This document shows positions 39,970-48,628 of a stretch of DNA of 64,000 nt, in pieces (within the stretch, counting starts at the first letter, position 1; the number at the start of each line of letters is the position of its first letter). The stretch comes from a virus (taxonomy: Duplodnaviria; Caudoviricetes): positions 858 through 64,857 of the IMG/VR virus record IMGVR_UViG_3300018481_000022; one strand, written 5' to 3'. The position numbers and the translations under genes were made by a program. The notes under the pieces were generated by a model. It saw only the letters and a program-made list of their open reading frames with translations. It had not been told where the DNA came from and did no database searches.

Positions 39970-40165
39970 GAGGCCGTCGAAGTGTGTTCGGCGGCCATGA
40001 TTCAACGGTTCGAAAGAGCCGCGCCGCGAAGCGCGACGTGAAGACTTCGGTCACCTCCTTGGCGATCAACCCTTGACAGACCACGGGACGTCTTCAACAC
40101 GTGGCCCTGCTTTCGCTCGGGTCGGAACGAACACGAACTCACAGAGTAGCCGGGCGTGTTCGGCG
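39970..40165. ncRNA. Candidate structured non-coding RNA or cis element
   Basis: Five to six adjacent hairpins including a GAAA and a cUUCGg tetraloop; G-U pairs favour the + strand. Confidence 0.3.
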
Positions 40166-40324
40166 CAACCTAGCTTCGCCCCCGCGCGCGCATACAGGCG
40201 CCAGCGTGCGAAGCACAACGGACGATCACCGCTGCGAAGGTACGCTTCGGCGCTTCACGCGCACAAGGATCACCGATTGCCCCCGCTTCTGTTCCGAGCG
40301 AAGCGGCTTTTGCCCGTCAGGAAA

Positions 40325-41005
40325 TCACCTGACGCGACGCCTTCCCGCGGAGCGCCGACCCGACTTCGCCCGGTTCTTCTTGTCAAGCGACGGCTCGGTC
40401 ATGGTCGGCTTGCCAAGCGCGGCCGTCTCTGCGTCGACCTTGATGGCCTCGCCATGGTGAAGCGGCCCGGGCGACAGCGCCCGCACGTTTGCCCCTGTGC
40501 CGTACTTGTCGATCATCTTGCTTAGCCCGCCGATAGCGTCAAGCACACCCTTCCGAAGGTCGCCGTCTTTCATCTCTGAAATCGAGATGCCGCCGACGAG
40601 CACTCGACGTTCGGGTTCCTTGGCGATGACCCCGAGCGTCTGCCCCGTCGAGATGACCTTGTCGGCAATCTCTGCGCGCAAGCGAATCGACCCGACGATT
40701 ACGCTGTATTGCGTCTTCGAGTTCAGGTTGTTGACGAGGTCGTTCAGGTCGCTGATGTTCCGTTCTTGCTCGATCACATACCGGGCGAAGCGTTGCTTCG
40801 GCGAGAGCCCTTCTTCTTCTTCGCCCTTCGACGTCAACAAGAAGTTCTTCGCGATCGCGTAATGCTGTGCCGTGATCCCGAGTTCGTCGATGATCTCCGA
40901 GTCCGTACACCCCTCGACAAGCGAAGCGTATATCGCGGCCCCGAGCTCGATCTTCTGGCGCCGCGTCAGCTTGGCGTCTTCTTCAATGCGCTTGTGTCTC
41001 TTCAT
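40325..41005 (-). CDS. terS: Probable terminase small subunit
   Basis: N-terminal HTH (GCTDSEIIDELGIT), coiled coil, upstream of terL. Confidence 0.6.
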   Translation of the reverse strand: MKRHKRIEEDAKLTRRQKIELGAAIYASLVEGCTDSEIIDELGITAQHYAIAKNFLLTSKGEEEEGLSPKQRFARYVIEQERNISDLNDLVNNLNSKTQYSVIVGSIRLRAEIADKVISTGQTLGVIAKEPERRVLVGGISISEMKDGDLRKGVLDAIGGLSKMIDKYGTGANVRALSPGPLHHGEAIKVDAETAALGKPTMTEPSLDKKNRAKSGRRSAGRRRVR

Positions 41006-41286
41006 GTCGTCACCCCAATCACAGCCCGCACGTCGATCGCGCACGTCGGATCGAGTGCTCCGAGAATCACATCACGAAGTTCAGGTCGACACCGAATGTA
41101 GAACCCAATCGACTCGACGCAATTCTGTCGAGCGGCTTCGGGTGTGTAGCCGAGCATGGTGAACCATTCAAACACGAGCCCGTCGGCCTCGAAGCGATCC
41201 CCCTCGACGATCTGGATCGTCGACACGCACAACTTCAGCTCGGCCGTCGCTTCGACCGACACGAGCACCCGCGCGCGACACCTCAC
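41002..41286 (-). CDS. Hypothetical protein
   Basis: Stop/start overlaps with both neighbours. Confidence 0.5.
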   Translation of the reverse strand: MRCRARVLVSVEATAELKLCVSTIQIVEGDRFEADGLVFEWFTMLGYTPEAARQNCVESIGFYIRCRPELRDVILGALDPTCAIDVRAVIGVTT

Positions 41287-41489
41287 GGCGGAACCTTCCG
41301 AGCTGACTCACTGAGCGCACCGAAGAGGTCGGCAAGCGACCCGTAGTCGCCTGTGTACCAAAGCTGATGGCCGTCGACTTCGAGGCGCGCGCGCATGCGA
41401 CCGTTACGTGTCGGGTATGTTGTGACGACAACACCGACCGTACTCTCTTTCACCTTCTGCCAAAACGACGTGTCGCGCTTTTCAGTCAT
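41283..41489 (-). CDS. Hypothetical protein (MTEKRDTSFW...)
   Basis: Overlaps with neighbours, RBS GAAGG. Confidence 0.5.
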   Translation of the reverse strand: MTEKRDTSFWQKVKESTVGVVVTTYPTRNGRMRARLEVDGHQLWYTGDYGSLADLFGALSESARKVPP

Positions 41490-41973
41490 CGCCTTCGATC
41501 GCCTTCCTGACCCACTCGGGGGCCTTCCTTGCTGCCCGAACCAGATCCTCGACGTCGTCGTCGGTGAGGCCGAGTCGAGCTTGCGCTTCCTTGATCGTGC
41601 CCCTTGCCGTGTGCTGATGAAGACGAATCCCAAGCGCCGCATACCCGTAGTCGCCCGCGCGAAGCGCTGTCGACGGCGACACCCCAAGTCGCCGCGCAAT
41701 CTTCGAAACCGGAACCTTCTTCCGGATCCGAAGCAACGCGATCGCCTCGCACTTCGCCAGCGGAAGCATGCGCGTCGAGGTGTAGTCGCGCTCGCCGATC
41801 AAGCGCCCGCGCGGCCTGACGTTCTTCCACGTTCGGCCGATCGCGATGTTGTAGATCACGGGGTAGGCGACACCGTGCTCTTCAGCGATCGCCCTGAGCG
41901 ATTCCTTCTTGACGATTCGGCGCTTGATCGTGCGAACGGCATCGCGTGACAGCTTCGATTCCCCAAATTGCAC
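41482..41973 (-). CDS. Multi-HTH DNA-binding protein
   Basis: SLRAIAEEHGV...IYNI..GRTW and VSKIARRLGVSPSTA HTH motifs. Confidence 0.7.
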   Translation of the reverse strand: MQFGESKLSRDAVRTIKRRIVKKESLRAIAEEHGVAYPVIYNIAIGRTWKNVRPRGRLIGERDYTSTRMLPLAKCEAIALLRIRKKVPVSKIARRLGVSPSTALRAGDYGYAALGIRLHQHTARGTIKEAQARLGLTDDDVEDLVRAARKAPEWVRKAIEGDD

Positions 41974-42025
41974 ACCTGCTAATTACGGGGCGAACGCGAA
42001 GGCCGCTGAAACTTTCGTCAGATAC

Positions 42026-42322
42026 TTACACGACAAGAGCCGCAAGCGCGTCAGCGATCACGTCGTACCTGCGTGCGCGCTCGCGAAGGTCGAGAGAAAT
42101 CTCTCGAAGCTCAGACGCAATCACCGCCCGCGCTTCGGGCTCGAAGGGAACGACCGTCGACAAATCGGGAATCTCGGGTCGGTTGGAAATATAGCCGAGC
42201 AATCGGATCACATCCTGTCGCGTCGCCGCGACAATCTGCGCCTTCAGAAGCTCGCCGCGAGTCGCCATAAGCGCCCGCTTCGTTTCCAGTAGTTCCGCCC
42301 GTAGCGATTCGGTACTGCCCAT
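42026..42322 (-). CDS. Hypothetical coiled-coil protein
   Basis: Preceded by the CAGC-N19-TANYT motif. Confidence 0.55.
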   Translation of the reverse strand: MGSTESLRAELLETKRALMATRGELLKAQIVAATRQDVIRLLGYISNRPEIPDLSTVVPFEPEARAVIASELREISLDLRERARRYDVIADALAALVV

Positions 42323-42379
42323 GACGCCTAAAATACCAGACCCGAGCGCTGTGCGCTGAATTGGGGCGCGCGAAGGTTC

Positions 42380-42841
42380 TCACGACTTCTTCAGCTCTTC
42401 GGCGAGAGCCGCTTCGAAGTTGGCAAGCACAGATCGAAGCACAACCACGAACGCCCGAAGAATTGCGACTCGCGACACAGTCTTGTCGTTCATCATTGCA
42501 TGCGTCGAAGCGTCAGCGTGTCCATTCGCGGCGCGAATCTCGGCAATGAAGAGCGACGACTCGCCACGCTCGCGCGACAGCTTCTTCGTCAGCTCGTTCA
42601 GCGGCAACATCGGAAGAGCCGACGACAATGCGCGCTCGACAAGGGGCCAGATCGGCCGCGTCTTGCGCTCGTATTTTTCGACACGACCCCGGCAAGGTTC
42701 GACAGCGTCGTCCGAATACAGCTCGACGTCGTAGTTGCCAAACTCGGCTGTGCCCGTTTCATCGTTGCCGATGAAAGCTTGCCCGAGCTCGGTCACAGCG
42801 CCCGTCACAGCCGAATGAAGTTCGACTCGAACAACGATCAT
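42380..42841 (-). CDS. Hypothetical protein; C-terminal half paralogous to the adjacent upstream gene
   Basis: MIVV.VEL..A..G...LG...I.ND.TG....GNY phage domain plus KLSRERGESSLF. Confidence 0.6.
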   Translation of the reverse strand: MIVVRVELHSAVTGAVTELGQAFIGNDETGTAEFGNYDVELYSDDAVEPCRGRVEKYERKTRPIWPLVERALSSALPMLPLNELTKKLSRERGESSLFIAEIRAANGHADASTHAMMNDKTVSRVAILRAFVVVLRSVLANFEAALAEELKKS

Positions 42842-43092
42842 CGCTTGCTCCGCTTCCTATTTCGAGCCTGCTCTTCCGCGAGCTTGAGCTTGTTCACCGC
42901 GAGTGCGTCTTCAAGGGCAAACACAAGCGCCTGAAGAGTCTCCGCCCGTGACTCTGTACCCTTGTTCAGCACCGAGCACCATTGCATGCGCGCGCCCGCG
43001 ACCTCGACAACGAAGATCGACGACTTGCCTCGTTCGGTCGCCAGCTTCCTGACGACCTTGGCGATCGAAGGCGGTCGCTTGCTCGCGCTCAT
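42838..43092 (-). CDS. Hypothetical protein (paralogue domain KLATERGKSSIF)
   Basis: ATGA overlaps at both ends. Confidence 0.55.
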   Translation of the reverse strand: MSASKRPPSIAKVVRKLATERGKSSIFVVEVAGARMQWCSVLNKGTESRAETLQALVFALEDALAVNKLKLAEEQARNRKRSKR

Positions 43093-43357
43093 GGCCCGAC
43101 CTTCAACTTTCGCTCTGCAAGATACGCGCCCTTCAATCTCTCTCGCGCGGCGTCGCCAAGCAACGCGATCCCGTTCAGCAACGCTACGAACGAATCGCAC
43201 CACAGACATTCGTCATTCGGCAACCCCGCCCGCTCGCAATCGTGGCACACGCAACAGTCGTGCAAGATGCACCCCGCGGTCAGAACGAAGTCGAGCCCGA
43301 GCGGCTTCACCTCGCACGTACACAGCATGTCTTCAATCAGCTCGGCCGGATGATCCC

Positions 43358-43777
43358 TCATGACTCACCGCCCGCCACAAACCCGGGGTGCTTCGTGGCC
43401 ATGTGCCGCGCCAGCTGAACGAATGACCTGTGACAACACGGGCGCACCCCGTGCTTGACCCGCTCGCGAAGGTTGCGCAAGCGCGTCTTGGTCTTCCGCC
43501 ACTCGCGCCCGTTGTGGTCGGCTTCCTTCCGGGCGGCCTGTCGGAGCTCTTCAGAGCGCCTACGCGCCTCGCGCTCGGTCGCAAGCTCACGACGTAGCCG
43601 GTCGACCTCGTCGCCCTTGTAGACGAGCCCATGGCCATTGGGGCAGTGAAACGTCTTTCCGTCCTTCAGCCGGTCTTCGCGGAACTTGCTAGGCATGGCG
43701 AACGTGACGCCGCACTCCCCGCACACGGTTGATTCCAGCGTCACGAACTCCGAGAACGAGTAAACCGTCGCGCCCAT
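43358..43777 (-). CDS. Zinc-binding coiled-coil phage protein
   Basis: CGECG..FAMP, FHCPNGH, PCC.R.F..L.RH...H; RBS GAAAGGG. Confidence 0.7.
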   Translation of the reverse strand: MGATVYSFSEFVTLESTVCGECGVTFAMPSKFREDRLKDGKTFHCPNGHGLVYKGDEVDRLRRELATEREARRRSEELRQAARKEADHNGREWRKTKTRLRNLRERVKHGVRPCCHRSFVQLARHMATKHPGFVAGGES

Positions 43778-43844
43778 GGCTCGCACCTGCCCTTTCTGAC
43801 CTCGAAGCTACCCCGGGCCGGCCCGGGCGCTGAAACGTCTTTCA

Positions 43845-44122
43845 GGTGTCCAGACGGTGTCCAGACGCCAGATCGCCTGAACACCGTCTGAGAGAACAAA
43901 AACACCTTGTTTTAGCGGAGAAGAAGGGATTCGAACCCTTGGAAAGGCTCGCGCCAATCAACGGATTTCAAGACCCTTGCCAAGAGGTCGATACGTCGAT
44001 TTCGGGGCGTTTTTGGGGGGTCGCTCGGGTCCAAAGTCGAAAAATCGTCCCGTATGTGGGGCGAATGGACGGCATGCATGGACGACATCGCATGGACAAG
44101 GCCAAAGATTCGGGCTGTCCAT
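43845..44122. other. attP region with integrase arm-type repeats
   Basis: GGTGTCCAGAC x2 (43845-43866); ATGGAC x3 (44065-44097) and TGTCCAT (44116-44122) flank the tRNA fragment. Confidence 0.75.
43915..43974 (-). pseudogene. 3' half of tRNA-Ser(TGA) forming the attP identity block
   Basis: Minus strand CT-TGA-AA-TCCGT, long variable arm GGC-GCGA-GCC, T-arm AAGGG-TTCGAAT-CCCTT, acceptor strand CTTCTCC-G; no 5' half or D-arm upstream. Confidence 0.85.
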
Positions 44123-44215
44123 GCGCGGAATTCTGCTAAACCAAGACAAAAGAAGGCCCTCGCGTCGCCGGAAACGACCGAGGGCCAGACCCACCGAGAA
44201 AAGAGAGAAATCCAG

Positions 44216-45520
44216 GTGAGCGACAAGAGAGTAAACCAAGGCGGCGGCACAGCCAAAGGCACAGCCGAATGGCAACCCAATCGAACCGGGGGCGGAAAGT
44301 ACGTCGCCAAGATCACGACCCTTGCCGGAAAGCGTGTTCGCGTGCCCATGCTGGACGACAACGGTCGACCGCTCTTTACCGACAAGGAAAAAGACCACAC
44401 GCACGCGATGGATTTCGCGCACGCGCTGAACGATGAACTTCGGTCTGAAGCGACAGCCCGCAAAAATGCTGACCGCAAGGCCATCACGGTCGTTCAGTTC
44501 GGCACACAATGGACATCAGGCGCGCTCTTCCGAGAACATGGCGACGTGAACGGGCTCTCGATCAAAAAGACGGCGAAAGACGATCGCAATCGCCTGCGAA
44601 AGTACGTTTACCCCTACATCGGAAACGTGGCGATCGTCGACGTCGACGATCAGACGATCGAAAAAACCTTCGCGAAGGCCCATCAGGCATTTTTCGAAAG
44701 GCACAAGCGGCCCATGAGCCAAGCGACGAAGCGTCATCTATACATGGTGACGCACCGACTCTTCGAGCTCGCAATCATTCCGGGGCGCCTGATCACGGTC
44801 AACCCTGTTTCAAAACACGTCTTGCCCAAGCCGGGGAAAGAGAAGCTTTACAGCTTTCTTTACCCCGACGAACTCGTCGACTTGCTCGGGTGCACCGACA
44901 TTCCCATCGCGCGGCGCGTCTACTACGCGATCGCGAGCTACACGGGCCTGCGCAAGGGGTCACTGCGCGCGTTCACTTGGGGCTTGGTCGACTTCAAGAA
45001 CTTGACGATAACGAACCTCGTCAACAAGCCCGACTTGCCAGTGATGTTTGCGCAGACCGACCCGCTGATCCCGGGCCTGTCGTCGCTGATCGAGTTGCTT
45101 CGCCGCTATCGCGAGCTTCGTGGATGGCCCGACGATGACCAAGTGATCGTGTCGATCCGCGAGCTCGGCTGCAAGAAAGACGCCGAAGCCGCAACGTTGC
45201 GCATGGATCTCGATTGCGCGGGCATCAAGCGCAAGAATCTCTTCATCAAGAGCACTCGGGTCGAGCCGCTTCGCTTTCATGACCTGCGCGCCACGTTCAT
45301 CACGTGGGCGCGCCGCCTTGGCAAGGGCGACGGCTGGATCAGCGACCGCACGGGCCACACGACGAAGAAGCTCATGGATCGCTACGACCGCGGCGCACGA
45401 TCGCTTCTTGATCTGAAATACATTCCCTTCCCCGACATCACGAACGCGATCCCTGAGCTCGCCGACATGAGCAAGGTCGCGCGACTACCGCCGCCGCGCA
45501 CGAAGAAGCGCAAGAACTAG
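44216..45520 (+). CDS. int: Tyrosine integrase
   Basis: YTGLR, FHDLR.TF, TGH, RY catalytic residues; adjacent to attP; start probably GTG at 44216. Confidence 0.93.
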   Translation: MSDKRVNQGGGTAKGTAEWQPNRTGGGKYVAKITTLAGKRVRVPMLDDNGRPLFTDKEKDHTHAMDFAHALNDELRSEATARKNADRKAITVVQFGTQWTSGALFREHGDVNGLSIKKTAKDDRNRLRKYVYPYIGNVAIVDVDDQTIEKTFAKAHQAFFERHKRPMSQATKRHLYMVTHRLFELAIIPGRLITVNPVSKHVLPKPGKEKLYSFLYPDELVDLLGCTDIPIARRVYYAIASYTGLRKGSLRAFTWGLVDFKNLTITNLVNKPDLPVMFAQTDPLIPGLSSLIELLRRYRELRGWPDDDQVIVSIRELGCKKDAEAATLRMDLDCAGIKRKNLFIKSTRVEPLRFHDLRATFITWARRLGKGDGWISDRTGHTTKKLMDRYDRGARSLLDLKYIPFPDITNAIPELADMSKVARLPPPRTKKRKN

Positions 45521-45918
45521 GGGCGCCTGTAGCCGCTTCGCTCCAAGGAAGCGCGCACCTGACGCTGTAGCTCGTCGGCTTCATTCGTCGGGTGCGCCTT
45601 CTCTTCCTTCGAAGACAACGGCGCCTTGCAACGGGTCGACAGCCATCGGCTGTATTCTTTCCGTTGCATCATGAGGCGCCGACCGACAGGGGCGATCCTG
45701 CACTCGCCCCTATCGGCCGCATCGACGACGTGTCGCCACGGGTATCGGTCGTCGCGAATGTTGATCCACTCTTCGGGGTCGTTCGCGCCGACGCCCCCGC
45801 GCCGAATGAGCGCCGCCAAGAGTTCGTTCACTGTCATGTCGCCGGGGTCGCGCTCAGGGGCAACGGGGGCCGCTGGCGCTTCTTGAACGGCTTCTGGCTT
45901 GGTCTTCGCTCGCGACAT
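45517..45918 (-). CDS. Probable excisionase (Xis-like winged HTH)
   Basis: Convergent with int; AADRGE...VGRRLMM.R.E..RWL pattern. Confidence 0.6.
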   Translation of the reverse strand: MSRAKTKPEAVQEAPAAPVAPERDPGDMTVNELLAALIRRGGVGANDPEEWINIRDDRYPWRHVVDAADRGECRIAPVGRRLMMQRKEYSRWLSTRCKAPLSSKEEKAHPTNEADELQRQVRASLERSGYRRP

Positions 45919-45927
45919 GCCGGTCAA

Positions 45928-46200
45928 CTACCCGCGCCCGTGGGCGCCCGCTGGCGCGCCCGCGGAAAGCGCCCTTCGTCTCGCCCTTCGCGCTTGCCAG
46001 ACGCATTCACGCGAACAGTATTTCTGAAGCGACCATGCCCGAGCAAAGGGCGCTCGACACGCTGAACACTTCACGGGGCGTTCAAGCAACGCTTGGCGCT
46101 TCTCGCTCTTGGTCTTCCGGACGTAGAACCACGGCACGGATCCCCCTTTCTTGCGCCACCTGCCATCGTCTTCGACGTTTGGCGCGTTGTTTTTGGGCAT
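45928..46200 (-). CDS. Zinc-finger protein
   Basis: CSAC..PF......KYCS.EC. Confidence 0.5.
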   Translation of the reverse strand: MPKNNAPNVEDDGRWRKKGGSVPWFYVRKTKSEKRQALLERPVKCSACRAPFARAWSLQKYCSRECVWQARRARRRALSAGAPAGAHGRG

Positions 46201-46855
46201 AGTGCTCGCGTTGACAGACGTCGGCGCAGTAGCGCGCGTTGCTGTAGTTCGGCACGAATGAAGCCGCGCAAGTCGGATTGGCGCACACGATCGGCGGTCG
46301 CTGGCGTAGTTGCTTAGCGCGCTTCGTGGCGTTCCCTTTCGCGAACCCCGTGAACGACTCGACCACAGGAATCTTCGCCCTGCGTTGCTCGAATTGTTTC
46401 ACTCGGGGGTATGGCTTGGGAAGCTGTGGCCCGCGAGACTTCGGGGCGCGCTTCGCGACCACACCCCGCTTCGCTCTCGCCGCGGACACGGAACACGCCG
46501 TGCCGCAAAAGCGGTGACTGTACCTGTGGGCGACGAACACGTTTTGACACAGCGGGTGATCGCATCGTCGTCGCTCGGGTTCCATCCTGCGTCGCGCACG
46601 ATCGCGACAGCGCTTGCCGCAATACTTGCCGTCGCGAAGCGCCACGAAGCGCGCGGAGCATTCCGCAAGCGCACAGGTCGCAAGCGCACCGAGCTCTTTC
46701 TTGGGGCGCGTAGTCGCGCGCGTAAAGCGACTCACCCCGACGAACGACTTGCGAGCCTTGACGACCTCGTCAGTCGCAAGAGCTACGTCGTCACGTCGTT
46801 CGGCGAGCTTCTGAAACTCGACCGCAATCTCGACCCCAAGAGCTCGCCACGTCAC
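46082..46855 (-). CDS. Protein with three CxxxxC-x-F-x-Y/FCxxxC zinc-finger repeats
   Basis: Repeated treble-clef-like motifs. Confidence 0.65.
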   Translation of the reverse strand: MTWRALGVEIAVEFQKLAERRDDVALATDEVVKARKSFVGVSRFTRATTRPKKELGALATCALAECSARFVALRDGKYCGKRCRDRARRRMEPERRRCDHPLCQNVFVAHRYSHRFCGTACSVSAARAKRGVVAKRAPKSRGPQLPKPYPRVKQFEQRRAKIPVVESFTGFAKGNATKRAKQLRQRPPIVCANPTCAASFVPNYSNARYCADVCQREHYAQKQRAKRRRRWQVAQERGIRAVVLRPEDQEREAPSVA

Positions 46856-47145
46856 AGAAGGCCGCCCTTCTTCCGAAGGCGCTCGCGAAGGCGCGCGTAA
46901 TAGCGGCGCATGCCGGGCGGATCTTCAAGCCGGGGGTAGTGCCCGCTACTGACGCGCGAAATCGCATCGGCAAGCCGCAAGCGTTGCCAATGAATGTCGT
47001 GCGGTTCCCAACACGACGCGACTTCGAACCAGACCCCGGCGCATGGAATGCGCTTTACTGGCACGCCGTTGACCGAATCCTGAATCCCGCCAACGAGAGC
47101 GAGAAGACGCTTGCGGGCCTCGTCTGGCTTCATTCGCTCGGTCAC
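46852..47145 (-). CDS. Hypothetical protein
   Basis: Preceded by the motif at leaderless spacing. Confidence 0.55.
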   Translation of the reverse strand: MTERMKPDEARKRLLALVGGIQDSVNGVPVKRIPCAGVWFEVASCWEPHDIHWQRLRLADAISRVSSGHYPRLEDPPGMRRYYARLRERLRKKGGLL

Positions 47146-47186
47146 CCCGAGAACTACCCGACTCCGGGCCCGGGCGCTGACCTCGT

Positions 47187-47765
47187 TCAGCTATCCTTCG
47201 GGGCGTACAATTTTCTATACGTGCTCTCTGCGTTTCGCATCACGTAGTCATGTGTACGCTCGCGAACGTCGGGCAGGAAGTAGGCCAAGAGTGCATGTAG
47301 AATCTCGTGAATGACGGGCTGACCTGTGCCGATCACTTCGCCCGCAAGCGACTTTCGGATCACCGCAAGCGGCACCTGCCTGAACGTCGACGACGCATGG
47401 CTCAGGTAGGCCGCCGTCGGGCGCCCATTGAAGAGCACCCCTTGAAGTTCGTCCATAACCTGATCGTCGACGAAGTGAACACCGACGAGCGGGAAGACCC
47501 CGACGAGCGTCGGATCGTTTGGGCGCCACGCGCGCCACGCCATGAAGAGCGCCGTTGTCGCGGTTACGCATGCGTCGAGCAAGAGGATCCGATCGCGACG
47601 CATGCCGGGCGCGTCGATCAAGACGAGCTCGAAGCCGACCGACGCCACGCGATGCAAGCGCGGCCCGAGCGGCCATTGAATGCGAACAACCTTGAACGCG
47701 AAGGCGTGTGCGCAGATGAAGAAGGCAACTACTGCAACGACGATCATCCACTGCAAAACCGTCAT
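47187..47765 (-). CDS. Membrane-anchored protein with HExxH motif (possible metallopeptidase)
   Basis: N-terminal hydrophobic helix; VIHEILHALL...H. Confidence 0.55.
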   Translation of the reverse strand: MTVLQWMIVVAVVAFFICAHAFAFKVVRIQWPLGPRLHRVASVGFELVLIDAPGMRRDRILLLDACVTATTALFMAWRAWRPNDPTLVGVFPLVGVHFVDDQVMDELQGVLFNGRPTAAYLSHASSTFRQVPLAVIRKSLAGEVIGTGQPVIHEILHALLAYFLPDVRERTHDYVMRNAESTYRKLYAPKDS

Positions 47766-47774
47766 GCATACAGG

Positions 47775-48302
47775 CTATTTCAAAAACGCCCATTCGGTCA
47801 CGGGATAGCCAACCCAAGGTTCGACGTCTGTCGTGTAGGGCAACATCAGCGGGTGCCGCGGGTGCCCGCTCTTCGAGGTGCCGAAGCACAGCGGGTCGAT
47901 CGAGTTCGCTTCAATGATGCCCGCCAAGCCGCGCAGGGCCCGCTTGCGGGGGTCATCGGGCGCCTGCATGACCGATGCACCCCATGCGAGAACGACGCTG
48001 TCAGCGGCGCTCAGGCGCTCACGAAGGGCCATTGAATTAGTCAGCCATCTGCCTACGCCTTGACGAAGTTCGATCGGGTCGGTCGCGCGCCTCGAAAACA
48101 GGTTGACGACATACATGCGCGCATACCCGAGCTTAGTGGCGAACCCGACACACTTGCGAATCGTCGGGTCGTCTTGCTCGCCGTCGGCGGTCGACGGGTT
48201 CAGCATTACGAATGTAATCGTTCCTGTGTTCTGATCTTCCTTCGACCAATCACGATACAGCCAAAAGCGATTTTCGCCTTCAATGTGCGCTTGCCGGATC
48301 AT
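47775..48302 (-). CDS. DUF1643 domain protein
   Basis: FVMLNPSTAD..DDPTIRKC..FA, NLF..RAT.P, AWG, G.PRHPL; start MIRQ with ATGA overlap. Confidence 0.9.
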   Translation of the reverse strand: MIRQAHIEGENRFWLYRDWSKEDQNTGTITFVMLNPSTADGEQDDPTIRKCVGFATKLGYARMYVVNLFSRRATDPIELRQGVGRWLTNSMALRERLSAADSVVLAWGASVMQAPDDPRKRALRGLAGIIEANSIDPLCFGTSKSGHPRHPLMLPYTTDVEPWVGYPVTEWAFLK

Positions 48303-48628
48303 GAATGCGACCGAAACCAGAAGCGAAGCAACGCGAACCACGCGAACACGACCCGAAGCCGGTAGCGCAAGCGAAGCGAAAGCTTCATGTGCCAAGGAAG
48401 CGCCCGATACATGGCGCGCGCTTGGTCGGTCACGAGCTTCTTCGTCAGCAAGACGACCGCGCCCGAGCGCATGAGCCGCGTCTGTAGGAACGCGAAGCGC
48501 TTCGCCTCGCTCGGCCTGAGCTGTCGCTCGGTCGAAATCTTGGCGAGTCGCGAGAACTCTTGAACCTTCATCCGATTCAGCACCGTCACGCGCGCTTCGA
48601 CGATCGCGAACCTTGGCCCGTTACCCAT
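48299..48628 (-). CDS. Hypothetical basic protein
   Basis: Overlapping start and stop with neighbours. Confidence 0.5.
   Translation of the reverse strand: MGNGPRFAIVEARVTVLNRMKVQEFSRLAKISTERQLRPSEAKRFAFLQTRLMRSGAVVLLTKKLVTDQARAMYRALPWHMKLSLRLRYRLRVVFAWFALLRFWFRSHS

Noticed and set aside
40000-40070. c-di-GMP-I (GEMM) riboswitch
   Set aside because: The GAAA hairpin followed by GCGAAGC is reminiscent, but the GGCAAAC leader and tetraloop receptor are missing and there is no downstream + strand gene.
49-41162. Many long + strand ORFs over the structural operon (e.g. 2862-3767, 7265-8326, 34433-35695, 37624-38853)
   Set aside because: Antisense shadows of well-supported minus-strand genes in GC-rich DNA; Arg-rich, with no motifs.
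43915-43995. Complete functional tRNA-Ser gene
   Set aside because: No 5' acceptor strand or D-arm, a poorly pairing anticodon stem and no CCA; better explained as attP.
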